Origin: Patescibacteria group bacterium | GTDB lineage: Bacteria > Patescibacteriota > Patescibacteriia > UBA10025 | NCBI GenBank assembly: GCA_042570925.1 | Contig: JBHPFX010000001.1 | Span: forward strand, 52,397-116,396 | Length of the DNA stretch: 64,000 nucleotides | Reading direction: 5' to 3' | In this document: positions 17,408 through 27,907 of the stretch, piece by piece | Position numbering within the stretch: the first letter of the stretch is position 1 | Layout: each line of letters begins with the position of its first letter | Program-made: the position numbers and the translations under genes | The notes under the pieces: generated by a model | Told to the model about the DNA's origin: nothing | Seen by the model: only the letters and a program-made list of their open reading frames with translations | The model's database searches: none

Positions 17408-18607
17408 ATGAAGCTGATCATATCTTTAGTAGTCGTTATGGGGTTTGTGTTTTCCGCACCAGCAGCACAAGCCGCGGTTTTTGATCATACATCCGGAATG
17501 ATTGTTCTCCAGGTGGAGTCTCATGGTGAGGCCTGGTATGTAAATCCACTAACACATCAGCGATCTTATCTCGGACGCTCGGCAGACGCATTTGAACTCA
17601 TGCGGGAGACCGGATTAGGAATTTCGAATACCCATTTGGCCCAAATCCCTGAAGCGGGAAGCGGTGAAGAGGGTGATATTGCGCTACGAGAAAGATTATC
17701 GGGAAGAATATTATTGCAGGTTGAGGAAAACGGTGAAGCTTGGTATGTGTATCCAAGAAATTTACAGCGTTATTATTTAGGCCGTCCTGATGATGCATTT
17801 ACTATCATGAAAAATCTCGGCCTAGGCATTTCAAATGCTCACTTGGCACTGATACCAGCAATAGGCGCACCAGTGAATTCATACGAATTGAGATCAATCG
17901 ATACATCGAGGGGCGTTTTTGAAATTCAAATGATCACTCTCGATCTTTCTAATTCAGTTTTAGAGGTTGTAACAGACACGGCAAATGAATTTGACTGTTC
18001 TGACAATTGTCCTGCAAAATCTTTAGATGAATATATCGAGGTTAATAACGGAATTGCGGGTATGCATGGAACATACTTCTGTCCGCCGGATTATTCCGTA
18101 TGCCAGGGAGAAATTGGTTCGTATTTGTGGCCAGTGTACAATTCAAACCTCGGAAGATTCTTGAATGAAGAACGTCTTGCATACACGACCGGTCCGTTGA
18201 TGGTTTTTGATACGAATAACACGCCATACTTTTTTTATCGTACGGAAGATTTTGGCTCGGTTAAAGAATTCGAAGAGCGCTTTAATACGACAATTCAAGC
18301 TGGTATTTCAAATGGTCCCGCACTTATTTTAAGCGGAGAAAATGTTGTCACTCATGAACCGATGGATGACAAACAGTTGAATACCCGAGGAAATCGGGGA
18401 GGCATCGGAGTAAAAGGTTTGACACTCTACTTATTAATTGCACGAAGTGCGACAGTCCCAGATTTGGCGGCAGTGTTTGAATCTCTAGATGTAGATCATG
18501 CAATGAATTTGGATGGGGGTGGAACGAGTGCATTGTATTTCGACGGTGCATATCGAGTTGGGCCAGGACGTTTGCTCCCAAATGCAATTGTTGTAAGAGC
18601 AAGATAA
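17408..18607 (+). CDS. secreted phosphodiester glycosidase family protein (NAGPA-like) with N-terminal tandem repeats
   Basis: Signal peptide, then two roughly 60-aa repeats (LLQVE.NGEAWYV.P…YLGR..DAF.IM…GLGISN.HLA.IP). The C-terminal domain carries HAMNLDGGGTSALYFDG. Confidence 0.6.
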   Translation: MKLIISLVVVMGFVFSAPAAQAAVFDHTSGMIVLQVESHGEAWYVNPLTHQRSYLGRSADAFELMRETGLGISNTHLAQIPEAGSGEEGDIALRERLSGRILLQVEENGEAWYVYPRNLQRYYLGRPDDAFTIMKNLGLGISNAHLALIPAIGAPVNSYELRSIDTSRGVFEIQMITLDLSNSVLEVVTDTANEFDCSDNCPAKSLDEYIEVNNGIAGMHGTYFCPPDYSVCQGEIGSYLWPVYNSNLGRFLNEERLAYTTGPLMVFDTNNTPYFFYRTEDFGSVKEFEERFNTTIQAGISNGPALILSGENVVTHEPMDDKQLNTRGNRGGIGVKGLTLYLLIARSATVPDLAAVFESLDVDHAMNLDGGGTSALYFDGAYRVGPGRLLPNAIVVRAR

Positions 18608-18630
18608 TTAAAAGATTTCACCTGGTGACA

Positions 18631-18747
18631 CCTTCTTTCTGTGACCAGAAAGAAGCAAAGAGTCCCGGGGTTTCCAATTCGCGGATATTCATCACTCTTT
18701 AATGATCTAGGATTGGCTCAATGGAAACGCCCGGACCCCACCTCTAG
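18631..18747 (+). repeat. intergenic repeat family, copy B
   Basis: CCTTCTTTCTGTGACCAGAAAGAAGCAAAGAGTCCCGGGGTTTCCAATTCGCGG…GGCTCAATGGAAAC…CCGGACCCCACCTCTAG. It lies upstream of ispH, and a TATAAT box follows at about 18766. Confidence 0.7.
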
Positions 18748-18802
18748 TAATGGAATGTGGTGCTAGACTATAATTACATTGGTTGGTACAATATTTTAGC
18801 TT

Positions 18803-19798
18803 ATGAAAATATTACTTGCTAAACCCAGAGGTTTTTGTGCCGGTGTCGACCGAGCTATTGATGTAGTTGAATTGGCACTACAAGTCTATGGCAAGCCGAT
18901 CTATGTGAAACATGCAATCGTACATAACGATCATGTAGTCAAAGATTTAGAAAAAAAGGGAACGATATTTGTCGAAAACGTCGAAGAAATTCCTAAGGAC
19001 TCCAATACAGTATTCAGTGCTCATGGAAGCCCTCCTGAAGATTTTGATAAAGCTACATCAAGAAACTTAAATATCATTGATGCGACATGTCCACTGGTAA
19101 TGAAGGTGCATTTGGAGGCAAAGCGATTTGGAAAAGAAGGATACACTATCATACTCATCGGCCACAAAGGACATGTTGAGCTAGTCGGTACGAGCGGCGA
19201 AGCACCACAAAATACCGTGATTGTTGAAACAAAGGAAGACGTTGAACAGCTTACAGTTCCAGAAGGAAAAAAAGTAGCCGTACTAACGCAAACCACATTG
19301 TCAGTGGATGATACAAAAGAAATTATTGAAGCAGTGAAGAATAAATACCCTCAGGCGTTAATACCTCCTACGTCTGATATATGTTTTGCTACAACAAACC
19401 GTCAGCGAGCGGTAAAAGCGCTGGCTAAGCAGGTCAACCTGATTCTTGTCGTTGGGTCAAAAACAAGCTCAAACACGAATAGGTTAGTTGAGGTGGCACA
19501 AACCCAGGGTGTTCCGGCATTTCGGATTAACACTATTGAGGATATTATGTCTGATTGGCTGGAGAACGTTGATGCAATCGGTGTTACTGCCGGTGCGTCA
19601 GCTCCAGAAAAACTTGTTCAGCAGGTGATAAAGTATTTACAGTCCCAAGGAGGTCAAGACGTTGAAGAGCTGGAAGTGATGCAGGAGCGCGTCTGGTTTG
19701 ATTTACCGGAAAGCATAAAAAAAGCCGCAAAGGAGCGGGGGAAGGAAGAGTTAGTCCGGAAGCACACGATCGATTCCGGAGCAAAAATGTCAGCATGA
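18803..19798 (+). CDS. ispH: 4-hydroxy-3-methylbut-2-enyl diphosphate reductase
   Basis: The N-terminus is RGFCAGVDRAI with conserved Cys ligands. It is full-length LytB with a short charged C-terminal tail. Confidence 0.9.
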   Translation: MKILLAKPRGFCAGVDRAIDVVELALQVYGKPIYVKHAIVHNDHVVKDLEKKGTIFVENVEEIPKDSNTVFSAHGSPPEDFDKATSRNLNIIDATCPLVMKVHLEAKRFGKEGYTIILIGHKGHVELVGTSGEAPQNTVIVETKEDVEQLTVPEGKKVAVLTQTTLSVDDTKEIIEAVKNKYPQALIPPTSDICFATTNRQRAVKALAKQVNLILVVGSKTSSNTNRLVEVAQTQGVPAFRINTIEDIMSDWLENVDAIGVTAGASAPEKLVQQVIKYLQSQGGQDVEELEVMQERVWFDLPESIKKAAKERGKEELVRKHTIDSGAKMSA

Positions 19799-19799
19799 A

Positions 19800-20438
19800 T
19801 TACGGACCAAACGTTGCAAGCTCATCAAGCTCAGTGACAGCGATGTATCTTTTTAGAGCGGTCCCGACTGGATAGGATGTTTGGAGGGTGAGAAGATAAC
19901 GCTCATTATTGAATTGATCGAGGACGGACACCTCCTTTGGCCCTACAATTTTAGTTTCAATTACTCGGTAGATAAACAATTCACCGTCCTCATTTGTTAC
20001 CCGTACTTCTGTTTCGAGAGGAATATCCACCAGTGATTTAAAGACTTCTTTATAATCTCCAGCTTTCCAAAAATAGTCTGATGAATGTCCGAAAATATAT
20101 GGGTTGCCACGTTCGCCCGGAAGAGAGGTACCGGGATACAGCACCACGCCGTTTTCGAGAGCTGGCTGAAATGCTTCTTCAGTTGCTTCTTCCACAAAAA
20201 CAATAGGAGTTTCAATTTCTCTATCAGGGATGCTGATCCAGTTTGCCTCACCCTTCTCAAGAGTCGGTCGTTTGATTTCTTCTACATCTCCGCTTACTGG
20301 AAGTCCGAGTGAAGCAGAATTTGCTGTTTGGGTAATCTCTGTAGAAGATTGCCAGTTTATAAACACTATCACACCAATAACCAGTATTGGCACAACAATG
20401 CTAAATGTGAGAAGTAGATTTTTACGCCCTGAATTCAT
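19800..20438 (-). CDS. sortase-family protein with Ser in place of the catalytic Cys
   Basis: N-terminal TM anchor, His motif (IFGHSSDYF), a TLQTSYP motif aligning to sortase TLxTC, and a downstream Arg (LKRYIA). Confidence 0.5.
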   Translation of the reverse strand: MNSGRKNLLLTFSIVVPILVIGVIVFINWQSSTEITQTANSASLGLPVSGDVEEIKRPTLEKGEANWISIPDREIETPIVFVEEATEEAFQPALENGVVLYPGTSLPGERGNPYIFGHSSDYFWKAGDYKEVFKSLVDIPLETEVRVTNEDGELFIYRVIETKIVGPKEVSVLDQFNNERYLLTLQTSYPVGTALKRYIAVTELDELATFGP

Positions 20439-20506
20439 AGTAGAATGATTGTAGCAGGAGTTGTGTTTCTCTTCAACAGTTTATTAATACATGATAGGGT
20501 AGGCGT

Positions 20507-21163
20507 ATGGCACATCCAGATATGTCAAAGATTATTCCTACGCTGAAGCGGGAGGTAAAAAGATTCCAAACCCCGATTGTTGAGGTTGTGGCTAAAAAAA
20601 AGCGAGATCCGTTTCGCATATTAGTATCCACCATGCTGAGTTTACGAACAAAGGATGAGACGACAGCAGCGGCTTCTAAAAAATTATTCGCTGTTGCTGA
20701 TACTCCAAAGAATATAGCAGGACTTACGCATCAAAGACTAGAAAAGCTAATTTATCCGGTAGGGTTTTATCGTACAAAGGCAAGAAGTCTTAAGAAGACT
20801 GCCGCTATCCTTTTGAGAGAATTTAATGGAAAAGTGCCTGATACGATTGAACAACTTATCGAATTGCCTGGTGTGGGAAGAAAAACTGCCAATCTTGTTG
20901 TAAGTTTGGGATTCAACAAGGACGGTCTATGCGTGGATACTCATGTGCATCGAATTATGAACCGATTTGGGTATATTCATACAAAAACTCCTTACGATAC
21001 CGAGTTTGTTTTGCGTAAGAAATTACCGCGAAAATACTGGAAATACGTGAATGTTCTCTTGGTAACGTGGGGCCAAAATATTTGTGCGCCAATTTCGCCA
21101 AAATGCTCACTTTGCGCTCTGCGGCCGTGGTGCAGAAGAGTAGGAGTGAACAAATCGAGATAA
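20507..21163 (+). CDS. nth: endonuclease III (HhH-GPD DNA glycosylase/AP lyase)
   Basis: HhH (LIELPGVGRKTANLVV), catalytic Asp, and a C-terminal [4Fe-4S] motif C-x6-C-x2-C-x5-C. Confidence 0.9.
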   Translation: MAHPDMSKIIPTLKREVKRFQTPIVEVVAKKKRDPFRILVSTMLSLRTKDETTAAASKKLFAVADTPKNIAGLTHQRLEKLIYPVGFYRTKARSLKKTAAILLREFNGKVPDTIEQLIELPGVGRKTANLVVSLGFNKDGLCVDTHVHRIMNRFGYIHTKTPYDTEFVLRKKLPRKYWKYVNVLLVTWGQNICAPISPKCSLCALRPWCRRVGVNKSR

Positions 21164-21200
21164 TTTCCACTATAGTGAAAAAAGCGTTATACTAATACAT

Positions 21201-22124
21201 ATGGCTCGAAAAGAAATAAAATTTCACAAACTCACCTGGGTTCATGTCGATAAAATGTCTGAAGAGGACGCAAGGGTGATTAAAAGACGTTTTCGCTTTC
21301 ATCAACTTGATTTAAATGATTGTATCGAGCCGGTCCAGCGACCAAAACTAGACACCTATCGGCCGTATTTCTTTTTAGTCGTACATCTACCGCAGTATGA
21401 TGCCGAAAATAAGAAAATTATCATGCAGCAACTAAATGTATTTGTTGGAAAGCACTATGTTGTGACCGCAACTCAGGAAGATATTCCCGCATTGGCAAAA
21501 TATTGGAACAGTTACGTCCGTAAAAGCAAACGACATCTTCCCTATGACAATCTAAAAAATAATGCAGGATATCTGCTATATAAGATTCTTGACGTTACCT
21601 TTCGTCAGGCAACTTCAGTTATCGACAGTTTTGGAAAAAAGATATCTGACATTGAAGACCGAGTATATGCAGATGAGAATAATGCCGCTGTCCGGGGCAT
21701 TGCACGGATTCGACGAGACATTTTTACTTTAAAACAAATGCTGGAACCTCAAGTGAGAATTGTCGGACAGCTTGTGTCACTTAAAGAATCGTTTATCTCA
21801 AGCGAGCTTGCAGTGTATTTCGATGATGTGCAGGACTATCTGGAAAAGCTGTGGTCATCCGTGTTGATTTATAAGGACACAGTTGACGGTCTTCATAACA
21901 CGAATGAGTCAATGATCTCTTTACGGACGAATGAAGTGATTAAAATGCTCACCGTTGTTTCGGTTGCCTTGCTTCCTCTTACGCTTCTGACGGGTATTTA
22001 TGGCATGAATGTGCAGGGGCTGCCTTTTGCCGGGTCGCCACTTGGCATTGTAATAATCTTTGCAATTCTTCTCGGCATCATTATTGGTATTATCGTCTTT
22101 TCAAAAAGACGCAATCTGATTTAA
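21201..22124 (+). CDS. corA: CorA magnesium/cobalt transporter
   Basis: A soluble N-domain, then two C-terminal TM helices with the YGMNV (GMN) motif. Confidence 0.85.
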   Translation: MARKEIKFHKLTWVHVDKMSEEDARVIKRRFRFHQLDLNDCIEPVQRPKLDTYRPYFFLVVHLPQYDAENKKIIMQQLNVFVGKHYVVTATQEDIPALAKYWNSYVRKSKRHLPYDNLKNNAGYLLYKILDVTFRQATSVIDSFGKKISDIEDRVYADENNAAVRGIARIRRDIFTLKQMLEPQVRIVGQLVSLKESFISSELAVYFDDVQDYLEKLWSSVLIYKDTVDGLHNTNESMISLRTNEVIKMLTVVSVALLPLTLLTGIYGMNVQGLPFAGSPLGIVIIFAILLGIIIGIIVFSKRRNLI

Positions 22125-22154
22125 CGTTCCTAATTTCGTTTACTCCTTTCGTAT

Positions 22155-23660
22155 ATGCCACTGTATTTGAGGGCAAAGAAACTTGATTTCTCGTCAGACA
22201 GCCACCCACCGATTGTAGTGCTCCGTGAAGAAGAAGGGGGTATTTTTGGAATTCAGATTGGTGACTTGGTCGAGTTATTAATCGGCGGCAGAAAAATCAT
22301 TGCCCGGGCTTTTTTTAGCAAGCAAAAAGTGAAAACCGGACAAGTCGGGCTTTTTAACGAGCTGTGGCGCAAAAAGAAAATAAAAATTAACAATGGTGAT
22401 CCGGTAGAAATTCATCAGCTTTCGCGTCCACCATCAATTCAAGCGATAAAAAAGAAACTTCTCGGCAAGCCTTTAACATATAAGGAAATTTATTCGATTA
22501 TCAAAGACATTGTTGATCATCGATTAAGTAGAATTGATCTCACCTACTTTGTCGCATCAAGTTTTATTAAAAGATATACCGATCAGGAACTGTATTTTCT
22601 AACAAAAGCAATCGCGGAGACCGGGAAAGAGGTAACTTTTTCATCTAAGATCGTGTGTGATAAACATTCAGTGGGCGGCTTGGCAGGAAACCGCACAACG
22701 ATGGTGGTGATTCCCATAGTTGCGTCTATTGGGCTGACTATTCCAAAGACATCTTCACGGGCTATCACTTCTCCGTCAGGAACAGCTGATACCATGGAAG
22801 TGCTGGCACCGGTGAGCTTCAGCACCGAAAAAATAAAGAAAATTGTGAAGCAAACGAAAGCATGCATGGTGTGGGGTGGGGGTCTCGATTTGGCACCGGC
22901 TGATGACGAGATTATTCATGTTTCACGGCCGATATCCCTCGAGCCGTATACTAAAATGCTTGTCTCTATCATGGCGAAGAAAGTTGCAATGGGAATCACT
23001 CATTTGGTGATAGATATTCCTTATGGTCCTACGACCAAGATCCCGACACGCAAAGATGCCATATGGGTTGCCACTAAATTTCGATTTCTCGCACGGAAGT
23101 TTGGCATTAAAATAAAGGTTGTAATGACGGAATCTCGCCAGCCAGTCGGCCGTGGTATTGGCCCGGCATTGGAGGCTCGCGATGTTTTGCGGGTATTACA
23201 GCAAAAAGAGTGGCGTCCAAAAGACTTAGAAGACAAGGCAATCGGTCTTGCTGGAAGTATTTTTGAATTGACTGGAACAGCGAGAAGAGGAACTGGAAAT
23301 TCATTGGCACGGGATGTCCTTGTATCGGGAAAGGCCTATAAAAAGATGAAGGAAATTATCAGAGCTCAAGGTGGAAAAACCACTGTTGATTCGGAGGATA
23401 TCACACTTGGTGTGCGACGTTACAGATTTCATGCTGGAATTTCTGGTATTGTTCGAAAAGTAAATAATCACCATATTAATGATGTTGCTCGGGTGCTCGG
23501 AGCTCCTTATGACAAGAATGCGGGTATATTTCTTAACAAACGCATTGGAAATAGGTGTCGAGTCGGAGATCGTCTTTTTACTCTGTATGCTTCCAGTCCG
23601 AATAGAATTAAGCTGGCGAAAAAGGCACTTGAAAGATTGCACATATATTCGATAAAATAA
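22155..23660 (+). CDS. AMP phosphorylase / thymidine phosphorylase-family enzyme (DeoA-like, archaeal-type)
   Basis: 501 aa. It has an N-terminal swivelling beta/beta/alpha extension and a glycosyltransferase family 3 core (HSVGGLAGNRTTMVVIPIVAS…SGTADTMEV). Confidence 0.75.
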   Translation: MPLYLRAKKLDFSSDSHPPIVVLREEEGGIFGIQIGDLVELLIGGRKIIARAFFSKQKVKTGQVGLFNELWRKKKIKINNGDPVEIHQLSRPPSIQAIKKKLLGKPLTYKEIYSIIKDIVDHRLSRIDLTYFVASSFIKRYTDQELYFLTKAIAETGKEVTFSSKIVCDKHSVGGLAGNRTTMVVIPIVASIGLTIPKTSSRAITSPSGTADTMEVLAPVSFSTEKIKKIVKQTKACMVWGGGLDLAPADDEIIHVSRPISLEPYTKMLVSIMAKKVAMGITHLVIDIPYGPTTKIPTRKDAIWVATKFRFLARKFGIKIKVVMTESRQPVGRGIGPALEARDVLRVLQQKEWRPKDLEDKAIGLAGSIFELTGTARRGTGNSLARDVLVSGKAYKKMKEIIRAQGGKTTVDSEDITLGVRRYRFHAGISGIVRKVNNHHINDVARVLGAPYDKNAGIFLNKRIGNRCRVGDRLFTLYASSPNRIKLAKKALERLHIYSIK

Positions 23661-23742
23661 TCATTGACCGGATGCACAGCATCTGGTATCGTTGTAAGTC
23701 GAAACCCTTTATTTTACCTAATAATTAATCATTCTCGAATCG

Positions 23743-23958
23743 ATGAAAGCAAAAGTAGTTCGAGAGCTCTGTATCGGTGCAGCAACTTGTCTTGCAGTTG
23801 CTCCAGATGTATACGAGCTGGATGACGAAAACAAAGCCGTCATCAAAAACCCGAAGGGTGCTGATGATCAAACACTCCTGGATTCGGCAAAAGCGTGCCC
23901 TACTCAGGCAATCATCATCACTGATGACGACGGAAAACAAATTTTTCCTGAGAAGTAG
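23743..23958 (+). CDS. small single-cluster ferredoxin (CxxAxxC…CP, [3Fe-4S]/[4Fe-4S] type)
   Basis: 71 aa carrying CIGAATC … CPTQAI. Confidence 0.65.
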   Translation: MKAKVVRELCIGAATCLAVAPDVYELDDENKAVIKNPKGADDQTLLDSAKACPTQAIIITDDDGKQIFPEK

Positions 23959-23999
23959 GAAATCAGTTGTTTCATCTTTCGTAATGTCTCACGTATGAC

Positions 24000-24743
24000 A
24001 TGAGATCTCTCCATGTCAAAAATTTACACGTTAAAGTTGAGGATAAAGAGATTCTTAAAGGAATCTCTTTAGTTGTCAAACCTGGAGAAGTGCATGCGCT
24101 CATGGGGCCAAATGGATCTGGAAAATCTACATTAGCTTCTGCGCTCATGGGACATCCGCTGTATTCGGTAACGAGCGGAGAGATGAAGCTTAATGGTATC
24201 GATTTACAATCTTTGACTCCTGATAAGAGAGCACAGGAAGGGCTTTTTTTGTCTTTACAATATCCATCCGAAGTTTCAGGCGTAAGTTTACAAAACTTTC
24301 TTAGAACAGCGTACAACAATCTTAAAAAAGATACAAAAGGTCCGGTACCTGTATTAAAATTCCGAAAGTATCTTCATGAGAAAATGAAACTGCTGGGCAT
24401 GAATCCTGAACTGGCAAAGCGATCGCTTAATGAAGGTTTCTCTGGCGGGGAGAAAAAACGATCAGAGATACTTCAATTGTCTGTATTAGCGCCGGCAATT
24501 GCCATCCTTGATGAAACTGATTCCGGTCTTGACGTAGATGCCTTGAAGGCGGTGGCAAAGGGGATCAATGCACTTCGTGGTCCCAACATCGGAATACTCA
24601 TTATTACCCACTATTCGCGTATCTTACAGTACATCGAGCCTGACAAAGTACATGTGTTGGTAAAAGGAAGGATCATAAAATCAGGGGGAGCCCAGCTCGC
24701 GCATGACATTGAAAAAAAAGGATACGATTGGCTATCGAAATAA
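24000..24743 (+). CDS. sufC: Fe-S cluster assembly ATPase SufC
   Basis: Walker A (GPNGSGKST), signature (FSGGEKKR), Walker B (ILDETDSGLD), H-loop (ITHY). Confidence 0.9.
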   Translation: MRSLHVKNLHVKVEDKEILKGISLVVKPGEVHALMGPNGSGKSTLASALMGHPLYSVTSGEMKLNGIDLQSLTPDKRAQEGLFLSLQYPSEVSGVSLQNFLRTAYNNLKKDTKGPVPVLKFRKYLHEKMKLLGMNPELAKRSLNEGFSGGEKKRSEILQLSVLAPAIAILDETDSGLDVDALKAVAKGINALRGPNIGILIITHYSRILQYIEPDKVHVLVKGRIIKSGGAQLAHDIEKKGYDWLSK

Positions 24744-24749
24744 GTTTTT

Positions 24750-26141
24750 ATGCAGGAAGCTACCAAAACAGCCACAAAGAATAATGGGGCGGACCCGATC
24801 AAATATTCATTTATTTCTCAACTTGGCTTGTCAGAGCGTGTAGTTGAGGAAATTTCTCATTATAAAAATGAACCTGATTGGATGCGTACACAAAGACTGC
24901 AGGCGCTTAAAGTCTTTGAGTCAAAAAAACAGCCAATATGGGGAGCTGACCTGTCTGACATTGATTACAATAATATTCACTATTACTTACGCCCGACGGA
25001 TCGTGTAGGAAACAGGTGGGAGGATTTACCAGATTCAATCCGTACAACATATGATCGGATCGGTATACCTCAGGCTGAAAGAAAATTTCTTGCTGGTGTC
25101 ATGGCGCAGTACGAGAGTGAGGCAGTCTACCATTCCCTAAAAGACCGGCTTGAGAAACAAGGGGTTATTTTCTTAGACATGGATACGGCTCTGCGCAAGC
25201 ATCCGGATATTATAAAAAAATATTTTGGCACCGTAGTGCCTGCCGGAGACAACAAGCTTGCGGCGCTGAATTCCGCGGTATGGTCGGGAGGAAGCTTCGT
25301 GTATATTCCCGCGGGAGTAAAGGTAGATATTCCGCTTCAGGCGTATTTTCGCATTAATGCTGAGCGTGCTGGGCAGTTTGAACGTACATTAATAATTGCT
25401 GAAGAAGGGAGTTTTGTTCATTATATTGAAGGATGTACGGCTCCGATCTATACGACCAATTCTCTTCACTCAGCTGTTGTCGAAATCATTGTGAAAAAAG
25501 GTGCACGTGTGCGGTATACAACTGTTCAAAACTGGTCGAAGAACGTGTACAACCTTGTCACTAAGCGTACCTTTGTATATGAAGATGGAACGATGGAGTG
25601 GGTGGATGGAAATATCGGGAGCAAGGTAACGATGAAGTATCCATCTGTCTATCTACTTGAAAAAGGCGCCAAGGGAGATATTCTCTCACTTGCATTTGCC
25701 GGTGAAGGGCAACATCAAGACGTTGGAGCAAGGGCGATTCATGGTGCTCCGGACACAACGTCTCACATCGTTTCTAAATCAATTTCAAAAGAATCGGGAA
25801 GAACGTCATATCGCGGAATTGTTCAAGTCCCAAAAGGTATGAAAGGCGTGCGATCGTCTGTAATTTGTGATGCCCTGCTGCTTGATGAACATTCTCGATC
25901 AGACACGTATCCGACGATGGACATTAGAGAATCGGATACGCAGATTCAGCATGAAGCAACCGTCGGGAAGATAGGTGAAGATCAGCTTTTTTACCTCATG
26001 TCGAGAGGGTTGTCTCAAGCAGAAGCAATGAGTATGGTTGTTTCAGGATTCATTGAGCCAGTAGCAAAAGAAATTCCGCTCGAGTATGCCGTGGAACTGA
26101 ATCGTCTTATTGAAATGGAGATGGAGGGAAGCGTTGGTTAG
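24750..26141 (+). CDS. sufB: Fe-S cluster assembly protein SufB
   Basis: 463 aa with a conserved SufB/SufD beta-helix core and C-terminus (…[23 protein letters not shown]…). Confidence 0.85.
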   Translation: MQEATKTATKNNGADPIKYSFISQLGLSERVVEEISHYKNEPDWMRTQRLQALKVFESKKQPIWGADLSDIDYNNIHYYLRPTDRVGNRWEDLPDSIRTTYDRIGIPQAERKFLAGVMAQYESEAVYHSLKDRLEKQGVIFLDMDTALRKHPDIIKKYFGTVVPAGDNKLAALNSAVWSGGSFVYIPAGVKVDIPLQAYFRINAERAGQFERTLIIAEEGSFVHYIEGCTAPIYTTNSLHSAVVEIIVKKGARVRYTTVQNWSKNVYNLVTKRTFVYEDGTMEWVDGNIGSKVTMKYPSVYLLEKGAKGDILSLAFAGEGQHQDVGARAIHGAPDTTSHIVSKSISKESGRTSYRGIVQVPKGMKGVRSSVICDALLLDEHSRSDTYPTMDIRESDTQIQHEATVGKIGEDQLFYLMSRGLSQAEAMSMVVSGFIEPVAKEIPLEYAVELNRLIEMEMEGSVG

Positions 26142-27901
26142 TAGCTTCTGCGGAAATCGTATAGGTATAATCCATATCCGATAATATCTGTTGGTGTATA
26201 TTCCCTCAGCCATTCATATGTATTTCCGCGGTCGTAAAGGAGTTGAACGCTAATTGCTGCTAAACAGTCGATGTTCATTCCCAACTCAACATCTTCTCTC
26301 GATGGAAGGGGTTGAGAGTCAATTCCCTCGTATTCCGGATTACCTTTTCCAAAATAATGTAAACACACTCGCGGGTTGTTATTTGCTTCAAGGTATGATT
26401 TAAAATGCTTGAGATTTTGGCCCCAGTCGATGTTAGAATCCATAATGTACTTATGACCGTTGGATGACCCGCCAATAATTTCCGAATAGTATGCCAGGGG
26501 GTATGGATACACCATAAATGGTGCAGTAATACCGATAATGAATATTATTCCAAAAATGTATTTCAGAATTTTCTTTCGAATTACATCTTCATGGGCAAGC
26601 CGTGTGATGCCGATAAAGATAAATGGAAACACCGGAATGAGGTGACGCACACCAAGATTGACGTGTGAATTCATTGCTAAGAGCAGGTATAGAATTGGCA
26701 CACCAGCAAATACTATTCCATTCAAGGTATATGATGAAAGCCACCTGCGAATTGACTTTAAGAATGTATTTTGGATAGCATGTAGTCGAATCGTTACGAT
26801 GCTCTTTCTCAAACCATAAAGAATCAACAGAAACAGTAAGATAACAATCGCTAGGGGAGTTTTAATAAAGAAAGCTAATGGGAAATACCACGGATTGCCT
26901 GTATCACTATACTCGCCTAGAAAGAATGACTCATGTCCGAAGTATGAATGCTCAAGGAATAACAATAGGCCGTTAAAATACGGATATGCAGGAAAAGTGA
27001 CTGATTCGAGTCCAAAGATGTATGCACCGACATACAATTTCCTAATTCCTTGCGACTCATTGAATATTTGAGATAATCTCTCAACCCGCTCGATGCTCTG
27101 GACTGTATCGTCACCGAACTTCTGTGTAATAAAACTCGTTGTTAGTAAAGTAAAGAGTATAGTAATAGCAAGCGTAATTAACACGAAAGTAAAAAAATGC
27201 CGAACTCCAATGTGAGGATACTTAGATCGCTTTTTTAAAAGGAATACGTATATAATTGGAATGATTCCGGCAAGAATCAAGCCGGTAAATTTCACGTTTA
27301 CGGCAAATGCAAAACTCAACGCAGTGAACACGAGCCACTTTGTATTTTTATTTTGAATGCTCTTTTGAAGAAAATATATGGTTGCAGTAATGCCAAGTGC
27401 GACCGGAATGTCAGTTGTAACGAGATGGCCGTGAGCCAGAATAATTGGTGAGGTTGCATAAAGCAATGTTGCGGCGTATGCTCCCAGCCAGCCCGCATAT
27501 TCATAAGCCCACCTGGCTATAAGTATACCGAGAAGAAGTGTAAGTAGAATAATTGGAAAACGCCCCCAAAACATCAACTGATCAGGATTATTGCCACTTT
27601 CATACAAAAACTGTTGTGCAAATTCATATTGATCAGCCTGTTGCCATGACACATGATCCGTCGGCATATCTGGACGGATAAAAAGCAAGGGAATGGCTGC
27701 AAGCTGTTTCGCAAACGGAGGATGTTCTGGATTTAACCGATGATCACCAGTTACCAGGTATGAGTATCCAGCTGATAAATGTACCCCCTCATCTATGGTT
27801 TGATTCTCAAGAGTACTTAAATGGATTTGCATCACACCAAGAGTGCAGAGTATTGCGGTAATTCCGCACAATAAAATGAATTTTCTTCGCTTATTATTCA
27901 T
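26138..27901 (-). CDS. GT39/PMT_2-family membrane glycosyltransferase (ArnT / protein O-mannosyltransferase-like)
   Basis: 587 aa with at least 12 TM helices. N-terminal loop motifs ([13 protein letters not shown]…[18 protein letters not shown]) are typical of polyprenyl-phosphate-sugar-dependent GT-C enzymes. Confidence 0.75.
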   Translation of the reverse strand: MNNKRRKFILLCGITAILCTLGVMQIHLSTLENQTIDEGVHLSAGYSYLVTGDHRLNPEHPPFAKQLAAIPLLFIRPDMPTDHVSWQQADQYEFAQQFLYESGNNPDQLMFWGRFPIILLTLLLGILIARWAYEYAGWLGAYAATLLYATSPIILAHGHLVTTDIPVALGITATIYFLQKSIQNKNTKWLVFTALSFAFAVNVKFTGLILAGIIPIIYVFLLKKRSKYPHIGVRHFFTFVLITLAITILFTLLTTSFITQKFGDDTVQSIERVERLSQIFNESQGIRKLYVGAYIFGLESVTFPAYPYFNGLLLFLEHSYFGHESFFLGEYSDTGNPWYFPLAFFIKTPLAIVILLFLLILYGLRKSIVTIRLHAIQNTFLKSIRRWLSSYTLNGIVFAGVPILYLLLAMNSHVNLGVRHLIPVFPFIFIGITRLAHEDVIRKKILKYIFGIIFIIGITAPFMVYPYPLAYYSEIIGGSSNGHKYIMDSNIDWGQNLKHFKSYLEANNNPRVCLHYFGKGNPEYEGIDSQPLPSREDVELGMNIDCLAAISVQLLYDRGNTYEWLREYTPTDIIGYGLYLYDFRRSY

Positions 27902-27907
27902 CCGACA

